From the NCBI GenBank assembly GCA_977020255.1, contig CDROCS010001306.1, positions 310,001-374,000 of the forward strand: 64,000 nt of DNA, in the 5' to 3' direction. The position numbers and the translations under genes are program-made. Source of the DNA: Obrimoposthia wandeli. Its lineage: Eukaryota. Of the stretch, positions 45,675 to 59,464 are shown piece by piece. Under the pieces are notes generated by a model. That model did no database searches, was not told the origin of the DNA, and saw only the letters and a list, made by a program, of their open reading frames with translations. Each line of letters opens with the position of its first letter. The first letter of the stretch is position 1.

Positions 45675-48600
45675 CTGTACACAAACAAAAGTCAAGTAAA
45701 GTGAAATACGTGAATTTTTATGAAAATTATCATTTTTAGAAATTCCTCCAGATTAGTGTAATTAAATACCAGAGTAGTTATTTCAATTTTCAAACAGATG
45801 CATGATCTGTACTAGCATCTGTAGATTGTGGGTGAGAGTGGCGTATAAATTCCAATATATGGTAGATGGAATAAGTTACAGGTTCTCCGTTGGAGAAATT
45901 TTCCTTGAAAATATGTTCAGTCACTCAACTTAACTCATCCTCAAACATAGAGACAAATGGTACCCCCGACAATTTTCATCTTCCTCATAATTTGCTTACA
46001 ACTTAAGTTAAACTTGGTCAACATGAAAATGATGAAATTCAAATTCCAGAAAGGATAGAAGTAAAGTTAACGTTCCATCTTACTCTATGATACATCATTA
46101 CAACTGAACAATTGGATGATTGGATAGACTTGAGGCCAATGTTAATTTCTGCAAGACCTCAATTAGAGGTAAAAATGGTCTTTTTCCATATTCATTATTA
46201 ATGTATCACTAGTGAACAACTATTAACAAACAGATGGATCTCAATGTATTCAAAACACAGAAAGAACCTTTTACACACCTGCCTGATGATGACTAATATA
46301 TGTTTAGTTAATTAAAATTCAATTTGAATTTGGAAAATTGGGCCTTGAGGTTTTATGTTGCACCTTAGAAATGGTAAACGGTATTTTGGCATCGTTGTTT
46401 TTATGCGTACTTATTGTTGGGTTTCGAATAAAAAAAATAAAAGACTGAATTGTACCAATTTTAATTCTTGAAGATGTCATTAGAAACTAAAGATCAGAGA
46501 AATCATACAACCACTATCTTTATCATTACAAGTTTATCATGTTAGTCATTTTATTGACCTTATTGAGTCAGAAGAGGTGTCGCACGAATGCAAAAAGGGT
46601 TTAAAAGAAATTCATATAAAACATGTTTTCTTAGATTTCATACAAATTTGAAAGCTTGAAATTTTTTAAAATATTTTCATGATGTAAATATTGTAAACTT
46701 TTTATTTCAAATTATATTCATACAAGAAACAATATAACACATATTTCAGTTTAATACATTATTTTTGATAGCGAAAATGAATGGGTTAACATATTAAAAA
46801 TAGGAGTTTGAAAAACTTTGCGTCAGCCCCTAAATAAAAAAATATAATTCCAATATCTTTATTGTGTAAAATGTACTATTTTTTATTTATCAGTAATACA
46901 TTTCTGTATAACGTAACATTAACCTCTCAATATTTTTGCTTAAACAACAAAGTTTGTTATATGAAAAGAAAAATGAAGTTAACTGAATAAATATTATTTA
47001 TATCGAAATAATGTTGACATGTACTTCTTGCAAAAAATATTTAATTTATATGAAAACATGTTAAATTTATTTTTATTTTATTTAGTCCTTCGGATGTGTA
47101 GCAGGTGGCCAGTTCCAACTCTGATACATTAGCGTGAAATACATTGATAAGATGTCAAATAAAATTGATAAATTAATTAATATATAAATATATTTTGAAA
47201 ATAACCAATAGTTAGAGCAGAAATTTAGGCACTAATCCTCTTTGACGTTTCTTTGATCTGACTATTCTCGGTTCAGAAACTGAAATATTAAGCTATTTGA
47301 ATAAATGTTTCTTCAGCCTTATTTCCAGTATTTTGTTATTTTTAAACGTTAGTCTACAATTATAACTTACCAGGGAACATTCTCCGTGGCAAGTCTTGTT
47401 AAATTCAATTTTTGTAACGTTTAAAACAAAATATTATCAGCGAAAATTTAAAAAAATCTTCTCATGCAATCTGAAACCCCATGGAATATCTTGACATCAT
47501 ATAATTCTCCACTATTATATAAATATCTAAAGTAAAGGATTACATATGCATTAAATTACCTGTTATAGGAAAGATCCTTCGTTGTATGTACACTCAAAGA
47601 AACTTACTGGCCAACAGTCCTCAATTACAGAAAGGGCAAAACGGTAGGTAAGATAATCGATGACTAACATTACAATGAGTCTTAATTTAAAAAGAAGTAA
47701 GATAAAATGTCTACCAAAGTAAACAACACTAAAATAGGTCAGAAAGTTCTAAAAATATTTAAAAACAAGGTTTGACTTTCCCGAGTGCATTTGGGATTTT
47801 TCGATCAAAATATATTTTGAATTGATGCTTCTAATCACTACCAGTATTACCGACGCGTTTTTCCTTCGGGCATTGTCTGATAGTAATGAAATACATAATG
47901 TTGATAACCTTCTTCTGAACTAGAATAAATTCTGAAGTTTAAATGTGTGAAACGATCGACATCTGAACTGATCTGCATTTTCTCCCAATCTAAATGTAAA
48001 TGAAAACATTTGGGGTTTACTTATTTATATGATTCAATTTTGAAAATAATTATGCCTGATATATCTTTTCTGATTTGAAATCTGAATCCTCATCATATTT
48101 GAACATACAAATATTCAAAAATTAGTCAGTTATTAATACTTGAAGATTGAAAGCACCGATCAAATCACTTTAACATGCTTCTTGGTTCAACATTTTGGTA
48201 AATAATTTGATTACAGTTCAAGCTACAAAAAACTGCTTGCATAAGGTTCTATTCTGAGAGGTCCTTTAAAACAGTGTTTCTCTGAATAATGTTTGATTAT
48301 TAGACTCCTGCACTATATTAATAAATGCTTTCTTATCTTGTTATCTTCATTTTATTTATTGGCATATCTTGATTTAAAAGAAGTTCAAATAAATAAAAGA
48401 AGGCGTATACAATGTGTGAACAATTTATGAAAAAATCCCGAAATTGAGATACTGTTAGTTAAGTGCAAATTACTATTGGTACATGTAAAATGTAAAAATA
48501 AACCTATGAATATTTCTAGTAATCTGATATGTTAAAGTTTTTACTTCGTTTTCCACTCTAAACTAACCGCGATTTTAGTAAAGATAAAACAATAAATCGA

Positions 48601-51049
48601 TTTATCGATTTATAAATGTAAGCAAAATTTTCCAGGTTACAATTTATAAATTTTCTGCATTTATTTAAAGTTTGTCAACATTAACATGGTGTGTGTTTCC
48701 GGGAATTTTATTGTTTGCAATTCATTTGTTATAGTCAATAAATAAACCAATTTCCTTGGAAATATTAGGGCAAGCAATTATGATGAACGTTACAATTTTA
48801 TTGATAATCTTTTATGAATTGAAATGTACATGAGTGTTATTATCCTTTAAAGCTTGAGATCAGTTGAACACGGGGATATGATGGCAGTTATTATGGTGGA
48901 GTTAACTACTCACAAAAGATAATAAATAGAAAATGTCTATTGCGATAAATATCGTTTAAAATAAATTTTGAATTTTTCGGTTTTTCTTAAATTTTTTGAA
49001 GCATTTCATTTCTATTTTGTCGGTTTTTCAAAAGTAAAGTATATTTTACTGATAAAAAGTAATTTTTACATGTAATTAATTAAATGTTTCAAAAACTAAA
49101 TCCGATTAATATAACTTATAAACGTATTTGAAATCAATGTAAAATTTCGACCAAGTAAAGTTAATATATTCAATAAAAAAAGTTCTAAATTGAATGGTCT
49201 GTGTAATTAGAAATAAATTATAGAAATATGATAAGCATTTACATTTTTATTTTTTCACATTCTATATTTAATAAAGTTTAAAGATTTACAAATTAAATTT
49301 TAGTCAAAATTGTATTTTTCAACTTGTTTTGATTATCAGCTAAATGAAGCTTAGGTGATCATGCAAAAGAAAGAAACTGATAAAATGGGTCAACAAACTG
49401 AAATTCTAAACCAAACTTATTAATTGCTCACAATGAATGAAGAATTTAATTTCCTCGTCAGATTTTACGACAGGATAAAGATTTTATTAAATGAGGTAGC
49501 TTTCTGATAAAAGAAAAGTAACTTAGATGAGCCATATAAGTACCGTTACTACTGACACAATTTGCTAAATGATGGGAAGAGAAATTAAGTTATAAAAAAA
49601 TATGGAAGGTAGTTTATTGGCCATTTATTAGTTTTGAGAAAATTGGTTACAATACGATAGTAAATTAAAACAATATGTATTGTGTATCAAAATATATTAA
49701 ATCAAGAATTGCTATCATTTTATATCCAAAATAGTGTGAGAAATTAAAACAAAATTTAAACATAATTTAAAGAATGAAAATAAATTAAAACTTGTAATAA
49801 ATGTATATAAAAAATTTCCATTTTCCATATCCCTTAAATACGAAATAATTCAAATCTTTTACTAAGATTAAAGAGTCTTTTCAACAAATATATATTTATT
49901 TTTGATCTAAATTCAAATCAAATATGTGATTTCTAATCACATTATTAAGACAAACTTCTTCACCTCCCCAGCTCGTGGCTGTTGTCACGGGCTCAAAAGT
50001 TTAATATCCAGTCACTGGATTCTTGCCAGGAGGGACGGCGAGAATTCCGATGGGGCCGCGTAGGGGTGGTTATTGTTGGTTGATCGGCTGAGCGTGGAGT
50101 TGTCGATTGAATCAGGGTCGTCGACAGGATTGGTGGGACCTCAACATGAATTTTACAAGGAGTGGCTTTTACTGATGGCAATATTGAGGATGTAGATTCT
50201 GCGGTTGACTGCAACGTCGGTGCAACCTCTCTGTTGATTGTTTTACCGTCATGTTCCACGATCACTGGCGGATTATTTCTCGGAAGTGAGGCTGTGTGCT
50301 GACTGACACGCACTTCATGCAATGAAGACGAAGAGGACCTCACTATATCTGTGGAGAAGGAAATGAACTGACGGAGGTATTTCCGATTTCTAATAGTGAC
50401 TCGCCGGATCCATCGATTTTGATGCAATACTTGTCATGATCTTACACTTCCGTCACCATGCCTGTTCTATCCCAGCTTTTGGTGTTATTACGACTCGATC
50501 CATATACATGACGGCGCCATCGGATACATATAGGGCCTCGCGGAATTGCCATTATAGTGCAGCACGAGACAAGTTCTTTTCAGTCTCAGGGAAATCATTT
50601 TCAACGGTTTGTAGGAGCGCGCGCATCTGAGAATCCTTAAACTTTTCTCGGAAATCCTGGACCATGGGAGTGACGCAATCTCAGCCGTTTCCTGTTGGAT
50701 TGCAGCGGTGAGGGCGTGTTTCAGTTGATCGTCAAGACCGATTGGGTCAAGTGAAGTGGAGGGCGATGGATGTCGAGACGTGGCATCGGCGGTTAGGTTT
50801 GATTTTCCTGGCATATGCATGATTGAGAATTGCCACGGAAGAGTGCGTTGCTTGAGTCTGAAAAGTCTGGTATTGCTGATCTCGTCGAGTGTGCGGTCAC
50901 CGAAATTTTTCACTAATGGTTTGTGGTCAGTGACGACCAAGAGGTCGTCGCATCCTTGTGTGAAGAAACGGGTTTACTCCACACCACACGCGATGGCAAG
51001 CGCTTTGAAATTATGTATCAGAGAGAAACCGGAAGCCGGCCAGAATAAT

Positions 51050-51698
51050 GAATCATCATTGATATTTATAATGTAGCATTTCATGAAGCAATGCAAAGTA
51101 GAAGAAGATATTACGAAATATTTAGGAGATTTCAGAAGAGAAAATATACCCTAAAAAAAGTTGAGGAATAATTCAAATATTGTGATGTATGACGGAATAT
51201 TAAGAAAGTTTTAGAAGCAACTCTAAAAGGACTGCATACAAATCATCACGATAATAACATGTATTGCATGACGAAATCTTTACATAACCTCATATATTAT
51301 TGATTATTTTCAAAGATAGTTATACCGAAATTATATAGATTTAACTAATATCCAAAGACTACTTCCAAAGTCAATATTCAAGCATCTTATCTACATTCAT
51401 TTCATCAGCCAGCCTTGAATCATCATTGATATTTATAATGTAGCATTTCATGAAGCAATGCAAAGTAGAAGAAGATATTACGAAGTATTTAGGAGATTTC
51501 AGAAGAGAAAATATACCCTAAAAAAAGTTGAGGAATAATTCAAATATTGTGATGTATGACGGAATATTAAGAAAGTTTTAGAAGCAACTCTAAAAGGACT
51601 GCATACAAATCATCACGATAATAACATGTATTGCATGACGAAATCTTTACATAACCTCATATATTATTGATTATTTTCAAAGATAGTTATACCGAAAT
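51050..51698. repeat. Near-identical 282-bp direct duplication, period 367 bp
   Basis: 51050-51331 versus 51417-51698, with one mismatch noticed. Confidence 0.9.
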
Positions 51699-54600
51699 GA
51701 TCAATAATGTATGTATTGTATCAATATTATGCACAAGATACATTCATTGTTACACCATCATCTCTTCACAATATCATAATCTTCATTACTTCGATCCATC
51801 TTCATTATCACAATCCTTCTTCTCATCAAAGCAATCACTCATCTTCAACCTTCATTATCACAATCTCTATTCATTCATCTTCATTATCACAATTAATTAA
51901 AATAATCAATAAATTGTATTTATCCAATCAGATTTTAGTTGTATATAAACAGTCAACGTTTAGACCATACGTCATTATAATGTCTATTCATAATTATTTC
52001 AAACAAGATGTCAAACAAACCAGGTATAATTCATAATTTCCTCACATATATCAATTCTTTAACACTATTCTTCATTATTGCATCTAAATTTCAATAAGAT
52101 ACTTCAAATATTATCTTTAAAAAAATAGCATACCTAGCTTTGATTTTAATTGAAGGAATGTAGAAGGAATAGATAAAATGCTTAAATATTGGCTTTGGAA
52201 CGATAATATTGATGACTTCGATAAAACTCTCTTTGAAAATAACTTATTTACTATGTATTAATGAAATCGTTAATTTTCATTCAATGTCTTAATATTAATT
52301 GATTAAAAGTATTTTTTATGTCTAATGAAGATAGAATCCATTTATATGAATCAAAACTATTAATAGTAATCATAAAGATTTCACCCGATTTTTTATAAAA
52401 ATATGATGACATTATCAATACTCAGAAGTTGTTTCTTTAAGTTTTCCTTAATACCTATTGACTTATAAGTAGCTATTTACAACATCATTGATTATTTTCA
52501 ACTATAAAATCAATAATTGGGAATATGCACACTAATCGTTATTACTCAATATCTAACCTAAACCTCTAACTTATAATACTCTAATTCTAATATTCTAATT
52601 CTAACACTAACATCATTTTCCAAAATATATGCGAAAAATTTACAAGAAGATGGTAAAAGTTTGAATAATATCTCTGCTTTTTGTAAAATTGTCTTCGTTA
52701 TGACCGAAATATGAGTAAAATACTTATGATTAATTTTTGGTATAACTCGCTTTGAAGCAGTATAAAGCTGAAATTCAATATGATCGCTTATATCATAATC
52801 TTAAATGAAATGACCGGAATTTTGATAAAATACGATTTCACTACAGTTTTAGAACAGTAGTCTTATTTCCCTTCTAAACCACCTAAATATCTTCTAACTC
52901 ACATTAAATTTCCTTTCAAAGTAAAATATATCCTATATTTTTTCTTTTGAATCCTACTAACCTTATATACATCGCTTTTATTTTCATTCAATCTAGCTAT
53001 CTAGGCTATATTTACCAAAACCTCCTAAACATCCCTGCTAAATCTTTTCTAAACCCTTCAAAGCTTTAATCTGAACCATCTAAACATCATCGTTAAATTT
53101 CCCTCTAAATTCATCTAATTTCTTCTTCTGAAACCTCTTGAACTCCCTGTTAAATCTCCCTCTAAATTCCTTTAATTTCTTCTGAAACCTCCCCATATAA
53201 ATTCTCCTCTGAACCAATTTAAGTTATATTTCCTCTTCTGAAACCTCTTGAAATATCTGTTTAATCCTCCTTTTATCTCCTTTAAGGATATATTTTCTCT
53301 TCTGAACTCCTCGGTTAAATTCTCTTTGGAACCCTTTAATTTCCCCTATGAACCAATTTTAATTTCTTTTTTCTGAAACTTCCTAAATACTCCTTTTAAA
53401 TACTTCTCTAAACGCCTTTTAAGGCTATATTTTCTTATACCTCCTAAACATTCCTGCTAAATCTTTTCTAAACCCTTCAAATATATAATATATCTTCTGA
53501 AACCTCTTGAACACTTTTTCAATTTGTCTTTTATAACCATTCTATGCATTAATATTTCTTCTATAACCTTCTAAATACCTCGTAAATTTCCTCTTCTATG
53601 TAATAAACTTCCTAAATTCCATTCCTAAATCTCTTAAATAAATCACATCAATTTCACTTCATAATCCAATCTAGGCTATATTTTTGATACCTTCTCAAAG
53701 TATCGTTAATTTCTCCTCTGAACCGCTACTTATCTTTCTATGTATTAATTACTCTTCTAGAGAACCTTTTGAACAAATCGTGAGTTTCTCTTCTAAAACT
53801 CTATCCATTATTTTCTATTCTTAAACCTTATAAACACCCATGTCATATCTCATTTAAATGTAACAAATCTCATGCATCTTCTTAATTTCTCTTATAGAAC
53901 CTTTTATGTATAATTTCTTTACTAAACCGATTTATTTGAAGTAATAAATCGACTGGTTGTTGATGTTTGAAAATAAGTTTCCATAATATTGATAACATCA
54001 ATAAGCTTGTAGAGTTTTGCAAGAATTTTCTTGTTTGATATATCGATCAATGAAAAATTATGTTTTTAGAATATAGTTATCAATAGACTCAAGTAATATG
54101 AATAAATTATGACTGAGATAAATACATACTCTAAACATTATTGAATAAATTATATCAATAAATGATACTTGAAAATAATTTTAGGTTTAAATGAATCGAA
54201 AGAGAGAATATAATTTAATCCATTTCTAGTCCTGATGTAATAATTTCTAAACAAAATATTCCAATATAGTATTGATATATTTAATTAATTATTTATTACA
54301 TAGATTAATTTCCTTAAATAAGCTAATCTTCAAACAATATTCTTTGAAACTAATCATTTTTTAGTAACAAAACTTTTACAGATTCTTTTACAAAAAAACT
54401 TTTTAAAAGAAAGTAGAGAACATTTTAGATTTAATGAATCATTTTGAAAATTTAATAAAATTCTTAGTTAAAGATGCAGATTAATAATATACTCTTGATT
54501 GTAAATTGACTAATTGATCAAAGTAATCTCTCTAATTATCCGTATAATTGTCCGTAATAAACTCTCACTTATTGATCATTATATACTCTCTTCAAATTAT

Positions 54601-55082
54601 ATCTTTATTACACGGAGGAATCCTTTAAATATGTTGAAGAGAAATCCAATTAGTGCATCTACCATATAAGAAACCATGAAAACTTTATTGACGCGTTGGC
54701 ACATAAGAATCGTCAGTAAATACAACTTATTTGTTCTGAAAGTAATTTTGTCCTTAAACTAAAATCAAAGAAAATTTATAGAAATATGGGTAAATTCATT
54801 GAAAAATGATCAATTATTTACATTATTCTAAAAATCCTTGGTAAATTTATCTTCTAATCTATAAATTGACTGAAAATCGAACTTTCTAATTCGAAATTTA
54901 CATTATTCAGAAAAATTACACAGTAAATTCATTTGTCAACTAAAATCCTTATAAATGATATAAGATTCAACTTTGCATCTTAATTTACATTATTCTGAAA
55001 TATACACGATATAAAGTATTCTAAATCCATAAATATAAACATAAAATGATTAAAAATCGAATTTTTATATCCAAATTAGAAT

Positions 55083-55541
55083 TTTTTTCTAAAGTGTCAT
55101 AATGTAGACTTGCAAGCTACACTGTTGTTTGCAATGATTTCAGATGGATTATTAGACACATCAAAATTTTCTATAAACTATCCTTTAGCCAATACTGCGA
55201 TAGGCAAGTTTAAGGATGAGAGTAAGCAATGTAGATATAAGCAATGGGTATTTTTACGCTCCAAATCATATAGCTTAGAAACTATAGACGGAAAGTCCCA
55301 GATGAAAGCAAAGGGAATTAGTGTTAAGCAGACTGTGCTACGCCATGCGAATTATTTAGCTGCATATGATAGTGAACGAGTGCAACAACAACGCATTAGT
55401 TCAATTAATCACCAGCTCTATACCGTAAATATGAGTAAGATCGCATTGAGTAGCAATGACGATGAGAGAAAATGGGTAGAGAAAAACCGGTCAGTTGTCT
55501 ATGGAGATCATAGATATCCAGATGATTTTTCACTTGAATAA
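55083..55541 (+). pseudogene. polB: pPolB C-terminal fragment of the second Maverick
   Basis: FFLKCHNV...DGLLDTSKF...NTAIGKFKDESK...LRSKSYSLE...KAKGIS...ERVQQQRISS...KWVEKNRSV is roughly two-thirds identical by eye to 460-900, and is truncated just after the DTDS motif position. Confidence 0.92.
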
Positions 55542-55629
55542 TTGTTTGAATTTATATGTCACAAATTTATTGTACCTAATTTTCTCTTTGGTTTAATAAA
55601 TATTTGTATCCAATTCGTCTTTTCTAAGT

Positions 55630-56290
55630 TTAAAATTCTAAAGTATAAAAATTCTGTGGAAAATTTTAATTCTAAAGTATAAAAGTTCTGTGTAAAATTA
55701 TTTTTTTAAACTATAAAAATTGTTATAAAAAATTATGTGGAAAATTTTATTTTTAAACTATAAAAATTGTTGTAAAAAATTATGTGGAAAATTTTATTTT
55801 TAAACTATAAAAATTGTTGTAAAAAATTATGTGGAAAATTTTATTTTTAAACTATAAAAATTGTTGTAAAAAATTATGTGGAAAATTTTAATTCTAAAGT
55901 ATAAAAGTTCTGTGTAAAATTATTTTTTTAAACTATAAAAATTGTTATAAAAAATTATGTGGAAAATTTTATTTTTAAACTATAAAAATTGTTGTAAAAA
56001 ATTATGTGGAAAATTTTAATTCTAAAGTATAAAAGTTCTGTGTAAAATTATTTTTTTAAACTATAAAAATTGTTGTAAAAAATTATGTGGAAAATTTTAA
56101 TTCTAAAGTATAAAAGTTCTGTGTAAAATTATTTTTTTAAACTATAAAAATTGTTGTAAAAAATTATGTGGAAAATTTTAATTCTAAAGTATAAAAGTTC
56201 TGTGTAAAATTATTTTTTTAAACTATAAAAATTGTTGTAAAATATTATGTGGAAAATTTTATTTTTAAACTATAAAAATTTTGTAAACAA
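55630..56290. repeat. AT-rich compound tandem array (47-bp and ~80-bp units)
   Basis: Unit AAAATTTTATTTTTAAACTATAAAAATTGTTGTAAAAAATTATGTGG at 55741 and 55788, interleaved with a longer variant containing TAAAGTATAAAAGTTCTGTGT. Confidence 0.9.
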
Positions 56291-56641
56291 TTTTATTTTA
56301 ATTTTTAATTTTTTTTTTTAAAAGCCATTTAAAGTTTTTTTTTTTTGTTTAAAAGACATTTTGAAAATTTAAATTTTGCGCAATAAAAATTGCGTCTTAT
56401 TCAAATAATTTTTGTAATGTTTTTCGTGCCTAAAGATCAAGAATGAAGCCCGCCCCGATGGGGCGGGTGGTGTATGTTAGGGACTGGTGTGTGACATGGG
56501 TCGTTTACATGTGTAGTTGTGAGAGATAAAGTGATACGCATGTTTTCGTAGTTATTTTCGCGAGAATGGAGCACGGGGGGCGAGCGGTGGGTGGAGTGTT
56601 TCGGTGGTGTTGTTTGGGGTGTGGTGTGGTGTGGCGTGGTG

Positions 56642-56883
56642 NNNNNNNNNNNNNNNNNNNNNNNNNNNNNNNNNNNNNNNNNNNNNNNNNNNNNNNNNNN
56701 NNNNNNNNNNNNNNNNNNNNNNNNNNNNNNNNNNNNNNNNNNNNNNNNNNNNNNNNNNNNNNNNNNNNNNNNNNNNNNNNNNNNNNNNNNNNNNNNNNNN
56801 NNNNNNNNNNNNNNNNNNNNNNNNNNNNNNNNNNNNNNNNNNNNNNNNNNNNNNNNNNNNNNNNNNNNNNNNNNNNNNNNNNN
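56642..56883. other. Assembly gap (242 N) within a (GTGGT)n simple repeat
   Basis: N-run flanked by GTGGTGTGGTGTGG. Confidence 0.99.
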
Positions 56884-57002
56884 GCGTGGTGTGGTGTAGA
56901 GAATAGAGCCCGCCCCGATGGGGCGGGTGGTGGTCGGTTGGGTGTTTCCATTCAACACCCATCGACTTTCACCCATCACCCGAGGTAGTTAGTGATATAC
57001 AC

Positions 57003-57357
57003 GAGAGCGAGACATTCGTACATCGCCAAGCTAGTCTGTGACATATATGAGAGCGAGACATCCGTACATCGCAGAGTTAGTCTGTGACCTATATGAGAGC
57101 GAGACATCCGTACATCGCAGAGCTAGTCTGTGACCTATATGAGAGCGAGATATCCGTACATCGCAGAGCTAGTCTGTGACCTATATGAGAGCGAGACATC
57201 CGTACATCGCAGAGTTAGTCTGTGACCTATATGAGAGCGAGACATCCGTACATCGCAGAGCTAGTCTGTGACCTATATGAGAGCGAGACATCCGTACATC
57301 GCAGAGCTAGTCTGTGACCTATATAAGAGTGAGATATCCGTACATCGCAGGGCTAGT
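57003..57357. repeat. 46-bp tandem minisatellite, ~8 units
   Basis: GAGAGCGAGACATCCGTACATCGCAGAGCTAGTCTGTGACCTATAT at 57003, 57049, 57095 ... 57325; no unique spacers. Confidence 0.95.
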
Positions 57358-57360
57358 AAT

Positions 57361-57795
57361 GAAATAATGAGCAAAAAATAGAAATTTCCTTTATGTTGAC
57401 AGTTTTAAAGATAAATATTTTGTATCCTAACAAATTAGTTTCGACATTTTCTTTTTTAAATCGAGGAATCTTCATAGAAAATTCAACCGCAATAATTCTC
57501 AACGGAATATAAATTAAATGTTTTTCAGAAACTCTGAATTTACATTTGACTCAAATGCTTTAACAGTTTTATTTTAAAATAAAACATATATATATTGATA
57601 TATTGATATAAACATTAGAATCTTGAGACATTTTAAAGTTAGCTTCTTCATAGGATGTACACTGTAAAAGTGAACTACAGAAGGTTGTCAACCGAATATT
57701 CCAGTTTTAGCATTCTTTCATACTGAATATCGATTTGATAATTTTTTGACTGAAGATATTTACTTTGATTTGAGAATTTTTCCATACTGAATTGA
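57361..57795. repeat. 435-bp direct repeat, copy 1 (copy 2 at 61950-62384)
   Basis: GAAATAATGAGCAAAAAATAG...CCATACTGAATTGA; no differences noticed between the copies. Confidence 0.9.
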
Positions 57796-59464
57796 CCTAT
57801 GTCAGTCCCGAGCTCTTCACGTTGAAAGGCGCGAAAATTTGTTAGGGGGGGTACCCCCCCTGTTCTTTAAAACCGTGCATGTGTGTGGAGTGAAATTTCA
57901 CTCCACGAAGAGCTGCAAGGGAGCTGATGCCTCATCGATGCCAGATCTATGACAGAAGATATTCCAACGCTGCTCGAAAGCATTCCACGTCTCTCCATCG
58001 ACTCCCACGGCCGCTTTAGTCTCGGAAACTTCAGTCGTGTGGTGGTGTTAGCATTATCCTAGATGGTGAGTTGATGGACCATATTGTGGTTGCTTAGTAG
58101 GGCAATACCTACGGCTTCTGAGCTCTTCATCGCATGGAAACAGCAACTGTGAATTCTGCACTCGAGGACAACCATTTTCTTGATATATAGTTTTGATTTG
58201 AATTTAGATAAAGAGTCTTTTCAACAAATATATATTTATTGTCAATCTAAATTCAAATCAAATATGTCAAACTTCTTCAAAGATTCATATTCAAAATATA
58301 ATATAAAAGAGAAGAATCATTCAGTGATAATGATAAAAAGCAACGATTTATATATTATTCGACATGTAATTAAACTACAATATATTTATAAAGATGTTTC
58401 GCTAGAATCAAGCTAGTAATGCAGAAATTTACCAAACAACATTTCAATTTATTTTGTTTTAAAAAAGTGTTTAAACGTGTTATGTACGTTCCTAATAAAT
58501 GTATCATACAATTTATATTTAAATAAAAATTATTATAAACTGTTTTTTAAATTCTGAACAACAAATTACTAAATCAATAAATTTTAATGAAATTTGAAAG
58601 AAGTTTTATTAATTTTTTAATGAATTTAAGATCTAAGTTTTCCACATTATTAGATAAATTAAAGGAGAAAACTATTATAAGACATTATAAAACAGAATTT
58701 GATGATTAATCTTTTCAAGAAGTTCTGTAAAATTTGAAGATTTCCTTCAGCACCTCAAAATAAAACTGAAAAGTGATTTTACTTTTTTCATTATTATTAA
58801 TATTTATATATTACTATCTAAAGATCTAAAAAGTAAATAGTAAAATCTGATCAAATTTTATTAATTCGTAGTTTAAGGTATAAAAATCCTTGTTGTTATA
58901 GTGTTAATTTACTTTATCACACAAAAATAAATTGTTTCAAAATAAAATTAGTTTATGAAAAAATATATAATAACTTAAACATAGCTATTTTAAATTTGAT
59001 AATGCATTCATCGCAAATCCATCTTTTAAAAATATAATTTGTATTGAAACTTGTAATTCTAACGTATGTTGAGCAAAAAAATATAAATTTAACTTTAAGT
59101 CTATAAGCCACACATCCATGAACGAGGTATAAATAAATTATATTCAATTACAATCAGATAAAATTTTGCTACAAATAACTCATGTAATTTATGCTAATAT
59201 TTATTATTTATTGAATAATCTAAATAGAATAACTCTTTCACTTTGACTGTTTCTCATTTTTAATTGAACAATGGTAATTAATGGACCATTTTATTTTATA
59301 ATTAAAATACAACAAAATAAATGGAAGCACGGGTTCAGTTTTATGCTGTTTAGCCCTAAGAGTTAAATAGGGTATTAATTATATTATAAGATACTGATTG
59401 TGAAATTTCCTTTCTGGATTCAAAAATTAATGGCACAAACTGATATTTTTGACATTCAACTGAC

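Larger units (their letters stand above)
51046..56430 (+). mobile_element. Relic of a second, related Maverick element (boundaries approximate)
   Basis: CCAATCAGATT...GTATATAAACAG promoter followed by MSIHNYFKQDV at 51923-52010, homologous to 10850-10760. A pPolB C-terminus at 55083-55541 points toward a tandem-repeat-rich end. Confidence 0.7.
49868..58279 (-). mobile_element. Split Ty3/gypsy LTR retrotransposon hosting nested insertions
   Basis: 5' LTR-like segment starting TGAAGAAGTTTG at 58279, and gag start at 58175 (MVVLEC...H...H; ETWNAFEQRWNIF). RNase H remnant VVTDHKPL..RL.R..L..F.I.H.PGKSN..ADA.SR at 50488-51045. PPT GGGGAGG at 49969-49963 is followed by the same TGAAGAAGTTTG at 49962. 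Confidence 0.75.

Noticed and set aside
47880-48030. Tc1-like SP.LN..EN.WG motif
   Set aside because: It is a single short degenerate motif with no TIRs or boundaries identified, so it is not reported as a feature.
56437-56988. Six ORFs spanning the N-run
   Set aside because: They are artefacts of translating an assembly gap and the simple repeat.
57003-57357. CRISPR-like array (also considered for 10861-11010)
   Set aside because: The units are contiguous with no unique spacers, there are no cas genes, and the context is eukaryotic.
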